From positions 5,148 through 69,147 of the forward strand of contig CADAMI010000012.1 of NCBI GenBank assembly GCA_902788975.1: 64,000 nt of DNA, written 5' to 3'. This DNA comes from an uncultured Erysipelotrichaceae bacterium (GTDB lineage: Bacteria > Bacillota_I > Bacilli_A > RF39 > UBA660). Each line of letters starts with the position of its first letter. Positions within the stretch are counted from its first letter, which is position 1. The position numbers and the translations under genes were made by a program. Below are positions 60,481 through 64,000 of this stretch, piece by piece. The notes under the pieces were generated by a model. That model did not search any database, was not told where the DNA came from, and saw only the letters and a program-made list of their open reading frames with translations.

Positions 60481-61222
60481 GATATTAGTAAGTAGAAATA
60501 AGATTGAATGTGATATTGATAGTATTATTTGTAAAGATAATGTTGTTACTTTTAGAAATAGTGGAGAATATGTTTTAGAATATACTGAAAGTGGCGAATA
60601 TAATATTACATTTAATATTAATAAAAATATTAAGATAATAGAGAGTAGTTTTGATAATGATCTTATAATTAATAATAATTATATTATTGATAATGGAAGT
60701 TTAAATGTAGTTAAGTTTTATAATAATCAAAGCGTTAATGAAATAATTAATATTGATTTATTAAAAGATGGAGATAAAGTTGATTATTGTTTTGCTAATA
60801 TTTGTAAATATGAAGAAAGATATTCGATTAATATAAATCATAAATGTAAGAAGACAATCAGTAATATAACTAATAAATCAATAGCTCTTGGTAATAGTAT
60901 TCTTAAATTTATTATTAATAGTAATGTATATAAAGATTGTATTAAATCAGTACTAGATCAAAATACAAGAATAGTTACAATGGGAGAATGTGATGCTTCA
61001 ATTAGTCCTAATATGTTTATTGATTTAGATGATGTTGAAGCTAGACATGGATCAGTAATTGGGGCATTTAAAGAAGACCAAGTATTTTATTTAATGAGTA
61101 AAGGGATTAGTTATAGTGATACATTAAAATTGCTAATAAAAGGATATATACTTGCAAATATGAGTGTTCATTTTGAACTTAGAAAGAAGATAATTGAAAT
61201 TATAGATATGTATTGGAGGTGA
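60458..61222 (+). CDS. Short SufB/SufD-family Fe-S assembly protein (254 aa)
   Basis: C-terminal GAFKEDQVFYLMSKGISYSDTLKLLIKGY matches the SufB/SufD C-terminal region (EEQLFYLMSRGI...). Roughly half the usual length. Confidence 0.5.
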   Translation: MRIKIMNKILVSRNKIECDIDSIICKDNVVTFRNSGEYVLEYTESGEYNITFNINKNIKIIESSFDNDLIINNNYIIDNGSLNVVKFYNNQSVNEIINIDLLKDGDKVDYCFANICKYEERYSININHKCKKTISNITNKSIALGNSILKFIINSNVYKDCIKSVLDQNTRIVTMGECDASISPNMFIDLDDVEARHGSVIGAFKEDQVFYLMSKGISYSDTLKLLIKGYILANMSVHFELRKKIIEIIDMYWR

Positions 61223-61225
61223 GTT

Positions 61226-62425
61226 ATGAATAGAGAAGATTTTACAATTCTTAAAGATACGAATATGGTCTATTTTGATAATGGAGCAACAACATTAAAG
61301 CCAGATGTGGTTAGAGATGCGATTGTAAATTATTATGATAAATATACTTCAAGTATACATAGGGGAGATTATAAGAATAGTTTAATGGTATCTTCAATGT
61401 ATGATGAGGCTAGAGAAGTCATTCGTAATTTTATTAATGCTGAACACCCTAGTGAAATAATATTTACATCAGGAACAACAGCATCATTAAATGATATAGT
61501 TTTTGGTTATTTTAAACATCATCTTAAGAGTGGAGATGAAGTATTAATAACAGAAACTGAACACGCTTCAAATGTATTACCTTGGTTTATGTTAGCTAAA
61601 GAGATGGGGATAGTTGTTAAATATATTCCACTTAATGATAATAATGAAGTAACAATTGTTAATTTAAATACAGTAATTACTGATAAAACAAAAGTAGTTT
61701 CTATTGCGCATATTACCAATGTTATTGGAGATATTAGAGATATTAAAGAAATATCAAAGATATGTCATGAAAATAATATAATGGTGGTTGTAGATGCGGC
61801 ACAAAGTATTGCTCATACGAAGATAGATGTTAAAGATATGGATATTGACTTTATGGCTTTTTCTGGACATAAAGCGTATGGACCTACCGGTATTGGAGTA
61901 TTATATGGTAAATTTAATTTATTAAGAGAGTTAACTCCATTAGAGTATGGCGGTGGTATGAATGCCATATTTAATAAAGATGGTTATGTTGAATTAAAAG
62001 ATTTACCAGATAAATTAGAAGCGGGAACGCCAAATATTGAAGGAGTGCTTGGTTTAACAGAAAGTATTAAATATATTGATAAAATTGGCATAGATAAGAT
62101 TCATGAATATGAAAGTTATCTTAGAAAATACTTAATAGATAGACTAAGTGAATTAGATTTTATAAAGATATATAATAAAGATAATGAAGCGGCTATTGTT
62201 ACATTTAATTTAGATGGGGTATTTAGTCAAGATGCAGCAATATATTTAGATAAATATAATATATGTGTTAGAGCAGGAAATCACTGCGCTAAAATGACTA
62301 AAGATGTCTTTAATGTAGCCAATACGGTTAGAGTTAGTTTAAGTTTTTATAATACTAAAGAAGAAATAGATTTGCTTATTAATGTACTTAAAAATAGTAA
62401 GAATATATGGGAGGAAATACTTTAA
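61226..62425 (+). CDS. sufS: Cysteine desulfurase (SufS / class V aminotransferase)
   Basis: PLP-lysine region FSGHKAYGPTGIGVLYGK. Active Cys loop RAGNHCA. 399 aa. Confidence 0.85.
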   Translation: MNREDFTILKDTNMVYFDNGATTLKPDVVRDAIVNYYDKYTSSIHRGDYKNSLMVSSMYDEAREVIRNFINAEHPSEIIFTSGTTASLNDIVFGYFKHHLKSGDEVLITETEHASNVLPWFMLAKEMGIVVKYIPLNDNNEVTIVNLNTVITDKTKVVSIAHITNVIGDIRDIKEISKICHENNIMVVVDAAQSIAHTKIDVKDMDIDFMAFSGHKAYGPTGIGVLYGKFNLLRELTPLEYGGGMNAIFNKDGYVELKDLPDKLEAGTPNIEGVLGLTESIKYIDKIGIDKIHEYESYLRKYLIDRLSELDFIKIYNKDNEAAIVTFNLDGVFSQDAAIYLDKYNICVRAGNHCAKMTKDVFNVANTVRVSLSFYNTKEEIDLLINVLKNSKNIWEEIL

Positions 62426-62847
62426 TGGATAATGATATGAAACGTAGTATTATTTTAGATAATTATCAAGATGCAAAGAATAGATGCGTTCCTCAAAATA
62501 TAGATGATTATATAGTAATAAATAGTAATAATCAAAGTTGTATAGATAATATTAATATTTACGTAAAATTAGATAATGATAAAATTAGTGATATTAAATT
62601 TGATGGGGAAGCGTGTGTTATAGCTATATCTAGTACATCAATACTAAGCGATATGTTAATAGGTAAAACAACCAATGAAGCAAAAGAAATACTTAATAAT
62701 TATTTTAATATGATTGAAGAAAAAGAATATAATAAAGATATCTTAGGTGAAGCTAATGTATATGAAGATATGTATAAGCAGCCATCAAGAAAGACTTGCG
62801 CAACACTTTTTGCAAGAGGAATAAGTAAGATATTTAATAAAGAATAG
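62425..62847 (+). CDS. sufU: SufU/IscU-like Fe-S scaffold / sulfur acceptor
   Basis: Conserved Cys-containing segments (NQSCIDNI, GEACVIAISSTS, and a C-terminal Cys in TCATLFARG). Start overlaps the sufS stop (TAATG). Confidence 0.65.
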   Translation: MDNDMKRSIILDNYQDAKNRCVPQNIDDYIVINSNNQSCIDNINIYVKLDNDKISDIKFDGEACVIAISSTSILSDMLIGKTTNEAKEILNNYFNMIEEKEYNKDILGEANVYEDMYKQPSRKTCATLFARGISKIFNKE

Positions 62848-62920
62848 TAAATTGAAGTGAACTATTTGGGGTTCACTTCAAATACTATTCTTTTAATGTT
62901 ATAATGATAATGGTGGTAGT

Positions 62921-63952
62921 ATGAAAGAAAGAAAGTTAAGTATTGAATTTATAAGAATCTTTGCTGTTTTTTTAACAATTATGATTCATGTATCAAATAT
63001 TTATATTTATAGCTTTGATAAAATAAGTAATGCTAATTATTTAATAGCTATAATTTATAATTCAATTGCAAGAATATGTGTACCATTATTTTTTATGATT
63101 AGTGGCATTTTCTTAATAAATGAAGAATATAACTTTAATAAGTATATTAATCGTATAAAAAAATTTTTAATATTATTAGTAATATGGAGTATGATATATG
63201 TTCTTATATATCATAGAGATGATTTTTTAAATACTTTTGTTAATTCTCTATTTAATGCGAATAAATCATCTAGGCATTTGTGGTTTATGTATGCAATTAT
63301 TGGAATATATATAGCATTGCCTTTTATTCAAAATATGTGTAAAAATTTATCTAAAGAGCAAGAAAATTTATTTTTAATATTATGGATGTTTTTTTCTGGT
63401 GGAGTTGTTATTTTTGTTCCATTTGCTAGATTAATAACCAATACTGGTATCGATATAAGTTATCCAATACCGATAATAAACTCAACATATTATTTAGGTT
63501 ATTTCATAAGTGGTCATATTTTATATGAAAGATATTATAAACAAAGAAATAACATTAAAAATAATATTATATATTTTTTAACATTTATATTAGCTACATT
63601 GATTACAATAATTTTGACTTATGTATATTCAATTAAGAATAACAGTGTATATGATTCATTTTTATGGTATAGAAGTATATTTATTATAATTGCTTCGTTT
63701 ACAATATTTTTATTAATAATTACAAATGAAAAGATATTTAATAATAAAATTATTTTGGGAGTATCTAGTTTATCTTTTGGAATATATTTGCTACATGTTT
63801 TATTTTTGATAATATTAAAAAAGAATGTTAACATAATTATATATAACGCATTATGGATAATACCATTGGTAACATTTATGATATATTTATGTTCATTTTT
63901 GGGTTGTTTAATAATTAAAAAAATTCCAATTATAAATAAATTAATAAAATAG
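62921..63952 (+). CDS. Acyltransferase family 3 (membrane O-acyltransferase)
   Basis: N-terminus SIEFIRIFAVFLTIMIHVS is typical of acyltransferase_3. About 10 TM helices. 343 aa. Confidence 0.7.
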   Translation: MKERKLSIEFIRIFAVFLTIMIHVSNIYIYSFDKISNANYLIAIIYNSIARICVPLFFMISGIFLINEEYNFNKYINRIKKFLILLVIWSMIYVLIYHRDDFLNTFVNSLFNANKSSRHLWFMYAIIGIYIALPFIQNMCKNLSKEQENLFLILWMFFSGGVVIFVPFARLITNTGIDISYPIPIINSTYYLGYFISGHILYERYYKQRNNIKNNIIYFLTFILATLITIILTYVYSIKNNSVYDSFLWYRSIFIIIASFTIFLLIITNEKIFNNKIILGVSSLSFGIYLLHVLFLIILKKNVNIIIYNALWIIPLVTFMIYLCSFLGCLIIKKIPIINKLIK

Positions 63953-64000
63953 GTAAGAATAATGTCTATTAGATATTGTTCTTTTTTTTTATACATCTAA

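Overview
This 64 kb window is very AT-rich and uses the standard genetic code (a tRNA-Trp with anticodon CCA is present, and UGA acts as a stop). It most likely comes from a low-GC, endospore-forming Firmicute: it carries BofA, a gerA-type germinant-receptor operon, FtsK/SpoIIIE, and a yqeG-yqeH gene pair. Housekeeping genes sit at both ends: yqeH and htrA on the left, and ctpA, asnB, ftsK, a DAHP synthase, prfB, ftsEX, pyrH and sufCDSU on the right.

The centre (about 3.4 to 22.6 kb) is a large accessory locus that I cannot match to any described system. It contains three SipW-type (ER/archaeal-type) signal peptidase paralogs, one of which appears catalytically dead. It contains at least seven small to mid-size secreted proteins with TasA/camelysin-like 'SipW-cognate' N-termini and a shared C-terminal W-x-EG-D-x-DC motif. 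It contains a membrane-anchored McrB-like AAA+ NTPase with an adjacent unknown partner. It ends with a 2689-aa beta-solenoid protein built from roughly 30 tandem 25-aa YGGxN rungs.

Other notable points:
- A phosphorelay module (Hpt, a response regulator with a degenerate HD-GYP domain, and a hybrid histidine kinase) has a frameshifted paralog that also lacks the phospho-accepting His. That paralog sits on a roughly 4 kb cassette flanked by two copies of an 18-bp perfect palindrome, next to a large serine recombinase and tRNA-Trp.
- prfB shows a frame discontinuity that is not the canonical CUU-UGA +1 site.
- A DUF3800-like gene and a HerA-like ATPase gene sit immediately downstream of tRNA-Asn.

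All calls rest on reading the translated ORFs and the DNA by eye, and on remembered family motifs. No database search was possible, and manual coordinates may be off by 1 to 2 nt.
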